A stretch of 64,000 bases of DNA from Alkalibaculum bacchi (GCF_937875145.1 NZ_CALNCS010000021.1:10476-74475); one strand, 5' to 3'. Numbered from the stretch's first letter, positions 42,006 to 51,553 are shown. The notes: generated by a model from the letters alone, not told the origin. Made by a program: numbers and translations.

Positions 42006-43604
42006 TTGAACAGTATTCAATTACCAGATTTTTTTATAGGGCTAGATACTTTAGAGGTCTTAGGTATGTTCAAAAGAAGTTTATTGAAGGAAAGCGATTG
42101 TTTAGATAATAAAAATCTAAATATCTTATTTTTCTTAAAGGATACAGATGAAGAGTCATATCTAACGGCTCTTCATCTGCTAGAAAAAAGCAGTTCTAAA
42201 GAGATAGTGGAAGGCAAAATTAGAGACTATATAAACACTATAAAGAGTGAGCTTGGTAAAGCAGGATATGACAAATTAGGCATTGTTACTAAATCAGATG
42301 GCTCAATTCAGTTTTCTCACAATAGATTCTCAAAATTTATAGCAGATAGATATGACCTTGTGGTTTTTAATTCAGACACATTCTATTCATACAGAAACGG
42401 TTATTGGGTGGAATTAGATGAATTAGAATTCAAAAGTAGATTGAGAAGAATTGTAAACTTTCTTAGTGAAGATCTCTGGAAACCTGCTTTAGAGTTTAAG
42501 TATATAGAGGCATTGAAGCTAGAATGTAAGCGAATTAAGGAATTTAATTCCCGAAGAAATTATGTAAACTTGACTAATGGCATGTTAAACCTTAAGACGT
42601 TTGAACTTGAGAGTCACCATAAGTATTATTATTCAAGCATACAAATACCTATAGAATACGAAAAGGAATCAAATTGTCCCAAATTTAAAGATTTTCTAAT
42701 GGATATATTTGACGGTGACCAAGAAAGGGTTTTAGTAATGCAGGAAATATTAGGATATTGTCTAACGGCAGATACCAATGCGCAGAAGGCTTTTATATTA
42801 CTAGGGCATGGTTCTAATGGAAAATCCGTATTATGTGATGTAATGGCTAAACTTTATGGAGAGGATAATTTATCCAGTACATCGTTGAAGGAACTAGGTG
42901 GAAAATTTGCTAAGTTCAGCATATACAACAAGACAGTTAATATATCAACAGAGAATGAGATGGATAGAGATATGCTGGCTACTGGAGATTTTAAAAAGAT
43001 TGTTTCAGGCGATTTGATTCAAGTTGAAGAAAAGTATAGAAATCCCTTTATATATAGACCCTTTGTGAAGCTAATTTTTGCTGTTAACTCAATGCCAAAA
43101 AGCATGGATTATAGTTATGGGTATTATCGTAGACTGCTGATTCTGCCCTTTAATAAGCGATATAGCCTTAAACCAAAAGAGGGAGAAGAGTTAGCGAATC
43201 CAAATTTAAAAGAAAAATTATTTACTGAGATGCCTGGAATACTTAATTTTGCATTAGAAGGCCTAAAGCGGTTAAGAGATAATAATTACAAGTTTACAGA
43301 AAGTAGAGAGATTGATACGACTCTCAGAGATTACAGGAAGGATATGGATATATTAAGCCAATTTATAGAAGATGAAGTCCAAGAGGAGACTCATTTTACA
43401 GTTCAAAGGTATGAGATAAGAAATAGGTTCGAGAGCTGGTGCATAAGAACATATAACACAAAACATAACAGGATTCCAAGTAGAGAATTTTGGAAGAGAT
43501 TTAGAAATAGTCTCAATTCGTTAGACATGAAATATAATGAAGGCAAAAGTAATGGTAAAGATTTGTTTATAGGCATACGTTTGAAAAGTGATCGAAAAAA
43601 ATAG
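42006..43604 (+). CDS. SF3 (D5/P4-type) helicase with D5_N domain, no recognisable primase domain
   Basis: NLTNGML, CPKFKDFL, GHGSNGKS Walker A, KLIFAVN, YRRLLILPF. Confidence 0.88.
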   Translation: MNSIQLPDFFIGLDTLEVLGMFKRSLLKESDCLDNKNLNILFFLKDTDEESYLTALHLLEKSSSKEIVEGKIRDYINTIKSELGKAGYDKLGIVTKSDGSIQFSHNRFSKFIADRYDLVVFNSDTFYSYRNGYWVELDELEFKSRLRRIVNFLSEDLWKPALEFKYIEALKLECKRIKEFNSRRNYVNLTNGMLNLKTFELESHHKYYYSSIQIPIEYEKESNCPKFKDFLMDIFDGDQERVLVMQEILGYCLTADTNAQKAFILLGHGSNGKSVLCDVMAKLYGEDNLSSTSLKELGGKFAKFSIYNKTVNISTENEMDRDMLATGDFKKIVSGDLIQVEEKYRNPFIYRPFVKLIFAVNSMPKSMDYSYGYYRRLLILPFNKRYSLKPKEGEELANPNLKEKLFTEMPGILNFALEGLKRLRDNNYKFTESREIDTTLRDYRKDMDILSQFIEDEVQEETHFTVQRYEIRNRFESWCIRTYNTKHNRIPSREFWKRFRNSLNSLDMKYNEGKSNGKDLFIGIRLKSDRKK

Positions 43605-43649
43605 TGAAGAAAGAAAAAAGGTAGGGCTGAAGACTTTAGATGATGAAAG

Positions 43650-43741
43650 TAGTGGCGATAGTGGCGAATAATAAAAAAAGTTCTTACAAAGCCAAAAGCA
43701 ATAACAAAAATATTTTCCAAAAATACGGTACTATCGCCACT
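43650..43741. other. putative replication origin (iterons flanking an A-rich spacer)
   Basis: TAGTGGCGA x2 (43650-43667); perfect 12-bp inverted copy ACTATCGCCACT (43730-43741). Confidence 0.55.
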
Positions 43742-43792
43742 GATTCCGTCTCTAATCAATTATTAAATATATATTATAAAGGGGAAGATCAA

Positions 43793-43876
43793 ATGTATCA
43801 ATTATTCATAGATTCATTAGTGGCAATGATAGAAGAGGTATATAAAAAGGAGGCTACAGACAATGAGCAAATTTAA
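43793..43876 (+). CDS. 27-aa small ORF
   Basis: AAGGGG RBS; MYQLFIDSLVAMIEEVYKKEATDNEQI overlaps the next gene start. Confidence 0.35.
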   Translation: MYQLFIDSLVAMIEEVYKKEATDNEQI

Positions 43877-44165
43877 GTCATCAGGTTATCAAATTGTACA
43901 GAAAATGAAGGCTGAAGGCAAATCTGCAGAAATAAAAGATGAAATTAAAAAATTAGTGAATGATTTATACAGATTTAAACGTATTGGAATGTCCAAAGGA
44001 AAATTATCAGAAATAGATCCAAGTTGGAGTAAGTTAAGTACGGGTCAACGAATTATAAAAGGTAAAAGAATCAAGTACTACGTTGATGCAGGACTAATTA
44101 ATATAAAGGGAATTGATTTAAGCTATGACAAGCCTAATTCAACAATAGTTTACGACCTAAATTAG
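43863..44165 (+). CDS. DUF1413 (LP1413)-like winged-helix ssDNA-binding protein
   Basis: AAGGAGG RBS; WSKLSTGQRIIKGKRI..VDAG..NSTIVY pattern; lies between helicase and recombinase. Confidence 0.55.
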   Translation: MSKFKSSGYQIVQKMKAEGKSAEIKDEIKKLVNDLYRFKRIGMSKGKLSEIDPSWSKLSTGQRIIKGKRIKYYVDAGLINIKGIDLSYDKPNSTIVYDLN

Positions 44166-44183
44166 ATTGGAGAGGAGTTCATA

Positions 44184-45776
44184 ATGGATAGTAGAGTAGC
44201 TATTTATGCAAGAGTTTCAACTGTAGAGCAAGCCGAAAAGGGCTACTCTATAGATGAACAAATTGCAAATATAAAGTCAGAATGCGAAGAACGAGGAAAG
44301 AAAGTAGTTAAAGTATATGCAGATAGAGGCATTAGTGGCTCGTCAGTAAAAAATAGACTTCAGTTACAGCAGTTGCTAAAAGATGCAGAAGATAACCTAT
44401 TTGATGAGGTAATTACTTGGAAGACAAATAGGCTTGCAAGAAATCATTTGGACTTATTAAAGATAGTAGATCATTTAAAGAGATATGATATAACTTTTAG
44501 TTCATTGACTGAACCATTTGAAACAAATACTAACCAAGGAAAATTAATGATGAGCTTGCTAGCTTCAATAGCAGAGTTTGAAAGAGGTACTATAATTGAT
44601 AATGTGAAAATGGGGATGAAAGGGCGTGCGAAGCAAGGGAAATATAATGGTGGTAGAGTATTGGGATATGAATCAGTAGATGATGGGACAGGTAAGACGA
44701 AATTAGAGATAGTAGAAAGTGAAGCAATAATTATAGTAAAGATATATAACTATTATTTGGAAGGAAAGGGTTACAAGGCAATAGTGAATAGAATAAACCA
44801 GCAAGGATACAAGACTAAGAATGGAACACATTTTAATACCTTTGGAATTAAGTATATATTAACCAACCCCTTATATAAAGGATATATAAGGTTCGGCAGG
44901 TATGTCGATTGGTGTAATAAGAGAAGAAAAGGTAAAAATGAAGAGTATATACTAGTTAAAGGAGAACATGAAGCTATAATAGACGAGGAAGATTGGGATA
45001 GAGTGCAGTTACTAATGAACAAAAAGAGTTTTAAACCTTCTAGGGTTTATGATGGTGAGTTTTTACTTACAGGGATACTAAAATGTCCTGTATGTGGATA
45101 CAGTATGGTAAGAGGTAGAGGGCATTATAAATCGAAGACTACAGGAGCGGTAACCATATATCAATATTATCAATGTGGTAACTTTCATAATAAAGGTAGC
45201 GCTGTTTGTACTGCGAATAGTATTAGACAAGAGTATATAGAAGAAGCTGTATTAAACAGAATAAATGAAGTTACAATAAATACAAAGATAGTTGAAGATG
45301 TAGTTCAAAGGTTGAATGAGGAGAGGAATAAAAATATAAAGCCTATAGAAGAAGAAATAAAACTATCTAAGGATGAGCTAGAAAAAGATAATATAAAAAA
45401 GGATAAATTGATTGAGTTGTTTCAATTGGATTTAATTACTAAAGAGGATCTTGCAAAAAGGATTAAAAAATCAGATGAAGATGTATTGAAGATTGAAGAG
45501 AGGCTATTATATTTGGAGTCTAATTTAGAATATAGTTCATCAGATGAGATACCAGTTGATTATGTAAAAGAAAAATTAAGCAAATTCAGCGCTCTGCTAC
45601 AACAAGCAAGTAACGAGAACAAAAAACTGTTACTCCACTTGCTTGTAGAAAAGATAACTGTTAATGAGAAGAGAGAACTGGATAGTATTGAGATTAAATA
45701 TAATGAGGATATAGAAATGATAATAGGGTCATCCAATGAGGATGACCCTATTTTTGTGTTTCGGCTTGTAATATAA
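44184..45776 (+). CDS. large serine recombinase (Ccr-like)
   Basis: YARVST catalytic Ser, NRLARN, recombinase domain (ILTNPLYKG), Zn ribbon CPVCG..C..C, coiled coil. Confidence 0.93.
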   Translation: MDSRVAIYARVSTVEQAEKGYSIDEQIANIKSECEERGKKVVKVYADRGISGSSVKNRLQLQQLLKDAEDNLFDEVITWKTNRLARNHLDLLKIVDHLKRYDITFSSLTEPFETNTNQGKLMMSLLASIAEFERGTIIDNVKMGMKGRAKQGKYNGGRVLGYESVDDGTGKTKLEIVESEAIIIVKIYNYYLEGKGYKAIVNRINQQGYKTKNGTHFNTFGIKYILTNPLYKGYIRFGRYVDWCNKRRKGKNEEYILVKGEHEAIIDEEDWDRVQLLMNKKSFKPSRVYDGEFLLTGILKCPVCGYSMVRGRGHYKSKTTGAVTIYQYYQCGNFHNKGSAVCTANSIRQEYIEEAVLNRINEVTINTKIVEDVVQRLNEERNKNIKPIEEEIKLSKDELEKDNIKKDKLIELFQLDLITKEDLAKRIKKSDEDVLKIEERLLYLESNLEYSSSDEIPVDYVKEKLSKFSALLQQASNENKKLLLHLLVEKITVNEKRELDSIEIKYNEDIEMIIGSSNEDDPIFVFRLVI

Positions 45777-45789
45777 AAAAGATGTTGTT

Positions 45790-46284
45790 AGTGAACGTTC
45801 CCAGCTTAAATTTGCAAACATTTCTTGAATATATAAGGCTTGGCATTCATCCAATCCTGTAATTTACATTTAATCATATTGAGATATCAGCTGTGAAAGT
45901 ATTTAACTGCTCCATCGATAGAGGTATAAGGCTCTTAAGAGCCTTTGTTAGATCTAAGTTCTATATATCATCACAGAATATGTAAAATAATTTGTAATAG
46001 GTTTTCTGATCATTATGGTTTTTTCATATCCATCAAGGCATAGTCAGCCTGTATACTAGTATCAAGTAGTCGTTGGATTAATAGAACAGCAGCTTGATTT
46101 CAGTATTTTCAAATAATTTATTTTGGTATATCGTAAAATTAGCACTTTCTTTGTGTAGTTTTGATTTCACTAATCTTATTATACTAAAGATTGGTGCTAT
46201 TTTTATGTTAAGTCACCAATTTATGAAGTATTTTGCTGGATTTATCAAGTATTCAACCCATTTTTACTGGTGGGAAAGTTGAAT
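45790..46284 (-). mobile_element. internally deleted, degenerate IS4-like (DDE) element
   Basis: imperfect 15-bp terminal inverted repeats (11/15); minus-strand fragments IQADYALMD and FCDDI*..LTKAL..QDWMN..NLSWE. Confidence 0.55.
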
Positions 46285-46518
46285 TCCTAATTAAAAAATA
46301 TTCATTTCTGCTGAGGTATGTTTTCTTATAGAAATACTCATGATTTAACTTCTGTACTTAGTACTATTGTAGTTACATTTTTTATTAGAATGGTGGTTAG
46401 AATACAACAGTTCATAAGGTTGATTCAATAAATCGGAGAATGTAATATATGGAAAAGCATCCTTCAATAGTATAAAATAATACTTAGAATATACAAATTA
46501 TTATCAAGGGGGATAAAT

Positions 46519-47367
46519 ATGAGAAAATTAACAACTGCAATAATACTTGTTGCATTAGCATTAATGTTTACTGGATGTGGAAATAACATTGTTAAGAAAT
46601 CCATTGAACAAGCTAACACTGCAATAGAAGGTAAGGATTATGATAAAGCTTTGCTTGCATTAGAATTAGCATTAGATGAAGAAAATGATAATGTAGAGGC
46701 TAATAAGTTATATTCTATATTACAAAGTTACCAAAAGGCAAAAAAAGCAGTAGATGAGAATAAAATTAATGAAGCGAAAGAAATATTAGATGACATCGAT
46801 GAGCGCTATAAAAATTATCCAATTAAAGAGGATGTAAATTCACTAAATAATCTAATTCAAGAAAAAGTTAAAGAGGTTGAAGTAATTAACAACAATATAA
46901 CTAAGCTAGAAAAACTAATTGAAGAGAAAAAGTATGATGAGGCAAAAACCTTAATTGAAGAAATTAATAAAAGTTCATTAAATGAAGATCAAAAAAATAA
47001 AATAAATGAATTAGATTCTAAAGTTACTTCAGAAAAGGCTAAAGCAGAAACTGAAAGTAAAAAAAAGGCTACTTCAAACAGTAGTAATAACGATAATACT
47101 AGTAACAGTCTTACTGAAGCTCAAGCTTATGATTTGATCTTGTCAGTTATAAACCTCGAAAAAGATTACGAGATTGTATATTCAGGTGTTATAACAATAG
47201 AATCATCCTCGTATATACCATCGGAAGCGAGAGGTAAAACAGCATATATGTTTTATGAAAATCATGTTCCTAGTGGAACTTCAATAGCTGATTACTATGT
47301 TGACATGGAACGGCATGTTTATAAAAACACTTTTTCAGCAGACGGAAAATGTATAAAAATACATTGA
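46519..47367 (+). CDS. lipoprotein with helical TPR-like repeats, paralog 1
   Basis: lipobox FTGC; KDYDKALLALELAL repeats. Confidence 0.85.
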   Translation: MRKLTTAIILVALALMFTGCGNNIVKKSIEQANTAIEGKDYDKALLALELALDEENDNVEANKLYSILQSYQKAKKAVDENKINEAKEILDDIDERYKNYPIKEDVNSLNNLIQEKVKEVEVINNNITKLEKLIEEKKYDEAKTLIEEINKSSLNEDQKNKINELDSKVTSEKAKAETESKKKATSNSSNNDNTSNSLTEAQAYDLILSVINLEKDYEIVYSGVITIESSSYIPSEARGKTAYMFYENHVPSGTSIADYYVDMERHVYKNTFSADGKCIKIH

Positions 47368-47451
47368 TTATGATAATTTAAGTATTTAAACTTATAATGT
47401 ATCATAATTATTGGGAAATAATAGCTAAAGTATATACTAAGGGGAATTATT

Positions 47452-48267
47452 ATGAAGAAAATAACTAAAACAATCCTACTTATGGTATTGGTATTAACAT
47501 TAACTGGATGTGGAAATAGCATTGTAAAAAAATCATTAGAACAAGCTAACATAGCAATAGAAAGTAAGGATTACGATAAAGCTTTAGTCGCATTGGAATT
47601 AGCATTAGACGAAGAAAATGATAATGCAGAAGCAAATAAGTTATATTCCATATTAGAAACTTATCAAAGGGCAAAAGAGGCAGTAGATGAGAATAAAATC
47701 AATGAAGCAAAAGAAATATTAGATGACATCGATGGGCGTTACAAAAATTATTCAATTAAAGAAGATGTGGATTCACTAAATAATCAAATTGAAGAGAAGA
47801 CAAAAGAAGTAGAAGTAACTAACAATAATATAACTAAGCTAGAAGGTCTAATTGGTGAGAAGAATTATAGTGAAGCAAAAACTTTAATTGAAGAAATAAA
47901 TAAAGGTTTAGTTAATGAAAATCAACAGAACAAAATAAACGAACTAAATTCTAAAGTTGATTCAGAATTGACTAAAATTGAAGTAGAAAATAAAGCTGAG
48001 AAAAAGGCTAAGACAGAAGCTACTAGCAAAAAAGAGGAATTTACAGTAGATAAAGCTATAGAGATAGCTGAAAATTATTATGGATTAGATAAGGATGTAG
48101 AGTATTACTATGAAAAAGAACCAACATATATAAACAACAGGAAGGCATATTGGATATCGCTTAAATCTATATCTATGATAGAAGAAGGTGGATCAGGGAC
48201 ACTACTATGGGCTTATGTTACTGAAGATGGTAAAATAATAGAATTTGGAGAGGACGTAGTAAACTAA
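47452..48267 (+). CDS. lipoprotein with helical TPR-like repeats, paralog 2
   Basis: lipobox LTGC; N-terminal ~170 aa closely similar to paralog 1, different C-terminus. Confidence 0.85.
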   Translation: MKKITKTILLMVLVLTLTGCGNSIVKKSLEQANIAIESKDYDKALVALELALDEENDNAEANKLYSILETYQRAKEAVDENKINEAKEILDDIDGRYKNYSIKEDVDSLNNQIEEKTKEVEVTNNNITKLEGLIGEKNYSEAKTLIEEINKGLVNENQQNKINELNSKVDSELTKIEVENKAEKKAKTEATSKKEEFTVDKAIEIAENYYGLDKDVEYYYEKEPTYINNRKAYWISLKSISMIEEGGSGTLLWAYVTEDGKIIEFGEDVVN

Positions 48268-48327
48268 AGAATTCATTCCCTAGGTGAATGGGGAATGTAA
48301 TTTTTTATCTGATGATATAGGTACGGA

Positions 48328-48345
48328 GAACCTTATCACAAATAG
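48328..48345 (+). repeat. att site 3 (distal island boundary)
   Basis: GAACCTTATCACAAATAG, 14/18 to att1, still encodes EPYHK*. Confidence 0.8.
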
Positions 48346-48399
48346 ATAAGGTTCATAAGAGTCTAGATTTATCTTAATTATATTTTGTTAAGGTGTTTT

Positions 48400-49113
48400 T
48401 TACCATTCTTTTGGTTTGTAATTTAATTCTTTAAATAATTGAGTTCTTTCTTTCTTCGATAAATCTCTCCATTTTCCTATAGGAAGATCACCTAAATGAA
48501 TATTCATGATTCGAATTCTTTGAAGCCGTTTGACTTCATATCCTAATCCAGCGCACATACGGCGAATTTGACGATTTAATCCCTGTGTGAGAATGATTTT
48601 AAAATCATATTTTGATAGTTGAAAAGTCTTACAAGGAAGCGTTTTTGTATTTAAAATTTCAACGCCCTCCGACATCTTCTTTAAAAATTGAGGGGTAATG
48701 GGTTTATTTACTGAAACAATATATTCCTTTTCGTGTCGATATTCTGAACGCAGAATTTCATTAACAATATCCCCGTCATTAGTAAGAAGAATTAAGCCCT
48801 CCGAATCTTTATCTAAGCGCCCAATATGAAATATTCTTAAGGGATGATTGACAAAATCAACGATATTTCCCTTTATATTCTTTTCTGTTGTACTCGTGAT
48901 TCCTACAGGTTTGTTTAAGGCGATATAGACTTTATTACTTACTACCCGAACTGGCTTTCCGTCTATGCGAACATCATCACCCGGTGCTACATTGCTACCT
49001 AATGTAGCATGGTTACCATTAATCGTAACCTTTCCATCGGCAATTAATTTATCAGCACCTCTCCTAGATGTTTTTCCTGATTCGCTTATATATTTATTAA
49101 TGCGCATGATCAC
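48400..49113 (-). CDS. rluF: 23S rRNA pseudouridine synthase (RluF-like)
   Basis: S4 domain RINKYISE..SRR; HIGRLDKDSEGL; QGLNRQIRRM. Confidence 0.85.
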   Translation of the reverse strand: MIMRINKYISESGKTSRRGADKLIADGKVTINGNHATLGSNVAPGDDVRIDGKPVRVVSNKVYIALNKPVGITSTTEKNIKGNIVDFVNHPLRIFHIGRLDKDSEGLILLTNDGDIVNEILRSEYRHEKEYIVSVNKPITPQFLKKMSEGVEILNTKTLPCKTFQLSKYDFKIILTQGLNRQIRRMCAGLGYEVKRLQRIRIMNIHLGDLPIGKWRDLSKKERTQLFKELNYKPKEW

Positions 49114-49351
49114 ACATCCTTAATAAGATGATTCTTTTATTTAAATATTAATTATACCTGATACTTAGAATGAAACATAGACCTTATTTATGAAAGGGCT
49201 GATAACATCTTGAATTTAGCTACGAGAGGTTCAACTAAAATGTATCCTTTGTAAAAGAATAGTTTAATCCTTGTAAAAAGATAATTATACCTTTGTATAT
49301 GTGTAGATTTAGGTATATTCTAGTATTAGAAAAATAAATTTTAGGAGTATT

Positions 49352-50764
49352 GTGATGAGGCACAAAAAAACAAAACTTCATAGCCTAGTTGCCGTTGGTA
49401 TACTAGGAATTATTGTCTTGTCTGTTTTTATCTTTGGCAGTGATCCCGTTATCTCTACAAATGAAGCAATACCAGATAGCAGGGTGATAGCGCAGACTGC
49501 ATATCCGGGAGTAGACATAGTTACTGAAATTCACGATGAAAGAATGTATTATATAGCAATTCACTATCCAACGTTTAAAGATGAATCTTTAAACGAACAG
49601 ATGTGTAAGTATGTATCTTCATCGAAAAAAATTTTTTTTGATGAAGTAGCCCAGAAGAAAAAGTACTTAAATGAACTTCCAGCTTCATTGTATATTTTAT
49701 TTGATATCCATCCAGTGACCCAGGATGTTTATTCTATAGTCTTTCATGTAGAAAGCTACGTTATGGGGGCAAATGGTGCTCAAAGCTCAAAAGTCTTTAT
49801 CGTAGATGTTAATGAAAATGCTACGATACAACAAACAGAGATCCTAGTAGATAATGAGCAAAATCGAAATAAGCTTTACACTTTATTACTAAATGAGTTT
49901 GAAGAATCCAAAGAATACAAGCCATTTTTCTTTAAAGAAGAATTAAAAAAATGGATTGAAGATGAAAATAACAGATTTTCACATATGTTTATTAGGGATC
50001 ATTCTATTGTATTTAAATTTGATAAGTATGTAGTTACTGCAGGAGCAGCAGGCTCTCCAGAGATTTCTATACCTTTAGAGAAGCTAAAAGAATTATTGAC
50101 AGATGAATGGCAAAAAAGATTAAATCTTATCGAAGTAGACAGCAAAATGGACGAACCAAATACGCCCCCTACTGCGGAAGAGGATCTAAAAGGAAGTGAA
50201 TCGCCAGGTAAACGTCAGGTCGCCCTTACTTTTGATGATGGACCACACGAGATCAATACATTGAAAATCCTTGAATTATTAGATAAACACAATGCAAAGG
50301 CTACCTTTTTTATGCTAGGAAATAGGGTTGACTTCTACCCAGGTATAGCGAAAGAGATTTCTAAAAGAGGTCATGAATTGGGCAATCATACATGGAATCA
50401 TAAAAATTTAAAGGCACTTAATGAAGAGGAAATCGATAAAGAAATTCAAATGACTAGTGATGCAATACGGGAGGCAACAGAAAAAGAACCTACTGTATTT
50501 CGACCTCCTTATGGTGGGATAAATAATCAAGTATATAATGCCACTAGTTTACCGCTTGTATTGTGGACGGTTGATACAAAAGATTGGAAGACCCGCAATG
50601 CAAGGAAAGTGCTAAATGAAGTTAAAAATAATGTAGAAGATGGTTCCATCGTTCTCATGCATGACATTCACAGCGCTACAGTGGAAGCAGTTGATTTAGT
50701 ATTACAGTATTTAGAGGCAGAAGATTACGAATGCATCACTGTATCCGAATTAAATATAGAATAA
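49352..50764 (+). CDS. membrane-anchored polysaccharide (peptidoglycan) deacetylase, PdaC/PgdA-like
   Basis: N-terminal TM; TFDDGP, HELGNHTWNH, FRPPYG, LMHDIH motifs. Confidence 0.9.
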   Translation: MMRHKKTKLHSLVAVGILGIIVLSVFIFGSDPVISTNEAIPDSRVIAQTAYPGVDIVTEIHDERMYYIAIHYPTFKDESLNEQMCKYVSSSKKIFFDEVAQKKKYLNELPASLYILFDIHPVTQDVYSIVFHVESYVMGANGAQSSKVFIVDVNENATIQQTEILVDNEQNRNKLYTLLLNEFEESKEYKPFFFKEELKKWIEDENNRFSHMFIRDHSIVFKFDKYVVTAGAAGSPEISIPLEKLKELLTDEWQKRLNLIEVDSKMDEPNTPPTAEEDLKGSESPGKRQVALTFDDGPHEINTLKILELLDKHNAKATFFMLGNRVDFYPGIAKEISKRGHELGNHTWNHKNLKALNEEEIDKEIQMTSDAIREATEKEPTVFRPPYGGINNQVYNATSLPLVLWTVDTKDWKTRNARKVLNEVKNNVEDGSIVLMHDIHSATVEAVDLVLQYLEAEDYECITVSELNIE

Positions 50765-50857
50765 GGTATCATACATCATTGCGAAAAGTACATATATTAA
50801 AAACGCCAAAGTCTGTATATTGACTTTAGCGTTTTTTTATTTAATAGGAAAGTTTAG

Positions 50858-51553
50858 CTACCTGACCACCTTAACGGCCACTCCATTTAGCTTCAAAGAG
50901 TCCCGCTCAACATCAGATTCGTAAGCTAAAACCTGGACTCCCTTATTTTGAGCGTATTGTAAAGCCTCGCCAAATTCCTTTTGAGTACGATTATTAGAGG
51001 TAAAGTATTTCACATTGTTCATTTGGATGACAAATACAATGTATGCCATATAGCCATCTTCTAAAGCCTGTACTAATTCATATACATGTTTTAATCCTCG
51101 CGCTGTAGGAGCATCTGGAAATTTTACTACGCCATCTTCTTCTAAGGTAACCCCTTTTACTTCAATAAATGCTTTTTTGTTTTTGTTTTCAATATAAAAA
51201 TCAAAGCGAGATTTTTGATATACTCTCTCAGGTCTAATTTCAGCAATTTCTTCAAAATTTGGCAGTAGAATAGTTTTATTTAAAAGTCCTTCATGTAACA
51301 CTTTATTTGGTGCTTGTGAGTCTATATTGATTAGGCGATGGCCTTTTTTTACGCTAATAAGGGAGTAAGCGGTCTTTCGATTAGGATTGTCGCTGTGCTC
51401 TAAATAAACCGTGGCCCCTTTTGTAAGAAGTTCCTTACAACGACCTGTATTTCTTACGTGACAAATTTCAATTTTTTTATCAATTTTTATGTGAGCAATA
51501 AAGCGATTAGGTCGAGAAATAAATTCTCCCTCTACGATGTTTTTATATTTCAA
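50858..51553 (-). CDS. sfsA: DNA/RNA nuclease SfsA
   Basis: RPNRF, NTGR, EVKGVTL, FPDAPTARGLKH motifs. Confidence 0.92.
   Translation of the reverse strand: MKYKNIVEGEFISRPNRFIAHIKIDKKIEICHVRNTGRCKELLTKGATVYLEHSDNPNRKTAYSLISVKKGHRLINIDSQAPNKVLHEGLLNKTILLPNFEEIAEIRPERVYQKSRFDFYIENKNKKAFIEVKGVTLEEDGVVKFPDAPTARGLKHVYELVQALEDGYMAYIVFVIQMNNVKYFTSNNRTQKEFGEALQYAQNKGVQVLAYESDVERDSLKLNGVAVKVVR

Larger units (their letters stand above)
34796..48345. mobile_element. SCC-like genomic island integrated at rlmH 3' end
   Basis: att direct repeats at both ends; large serine recombinase, SF3 helicase, DUF1413-, DUF960-, DUF1643- and RadC-like genes. Confidence 0.85.

Noticed and set aside
43640..43876. 78-aa ORF in the track
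   Set aside because: Its 5' part overlays the iteron/A-rich structure; only the 27-aa end has a convincing RBS.
39546..45776. prophage or PICI interpretation
   Set aside because: No structural, terminase, tyrosine integrase or divergent repressor genes; rlmH att sites and DUF960/DUF1413-like genes fit an SCC-like element better.
46094..46282. 62-aa plus-strand ORF
   Set aside because: Lies antisense within the IS remnant and has no RBS.
47394..47411. GTATCATAA core as a fourth att site
   Set aside because: About 12/18 match in AT-rich DNA, and it does not preserve EPYHK*.
50761..50778. GTATCATA after the deacetylase as an extended island boundary
   Set aside because: Only the 8-bp core matches; flanks do not.
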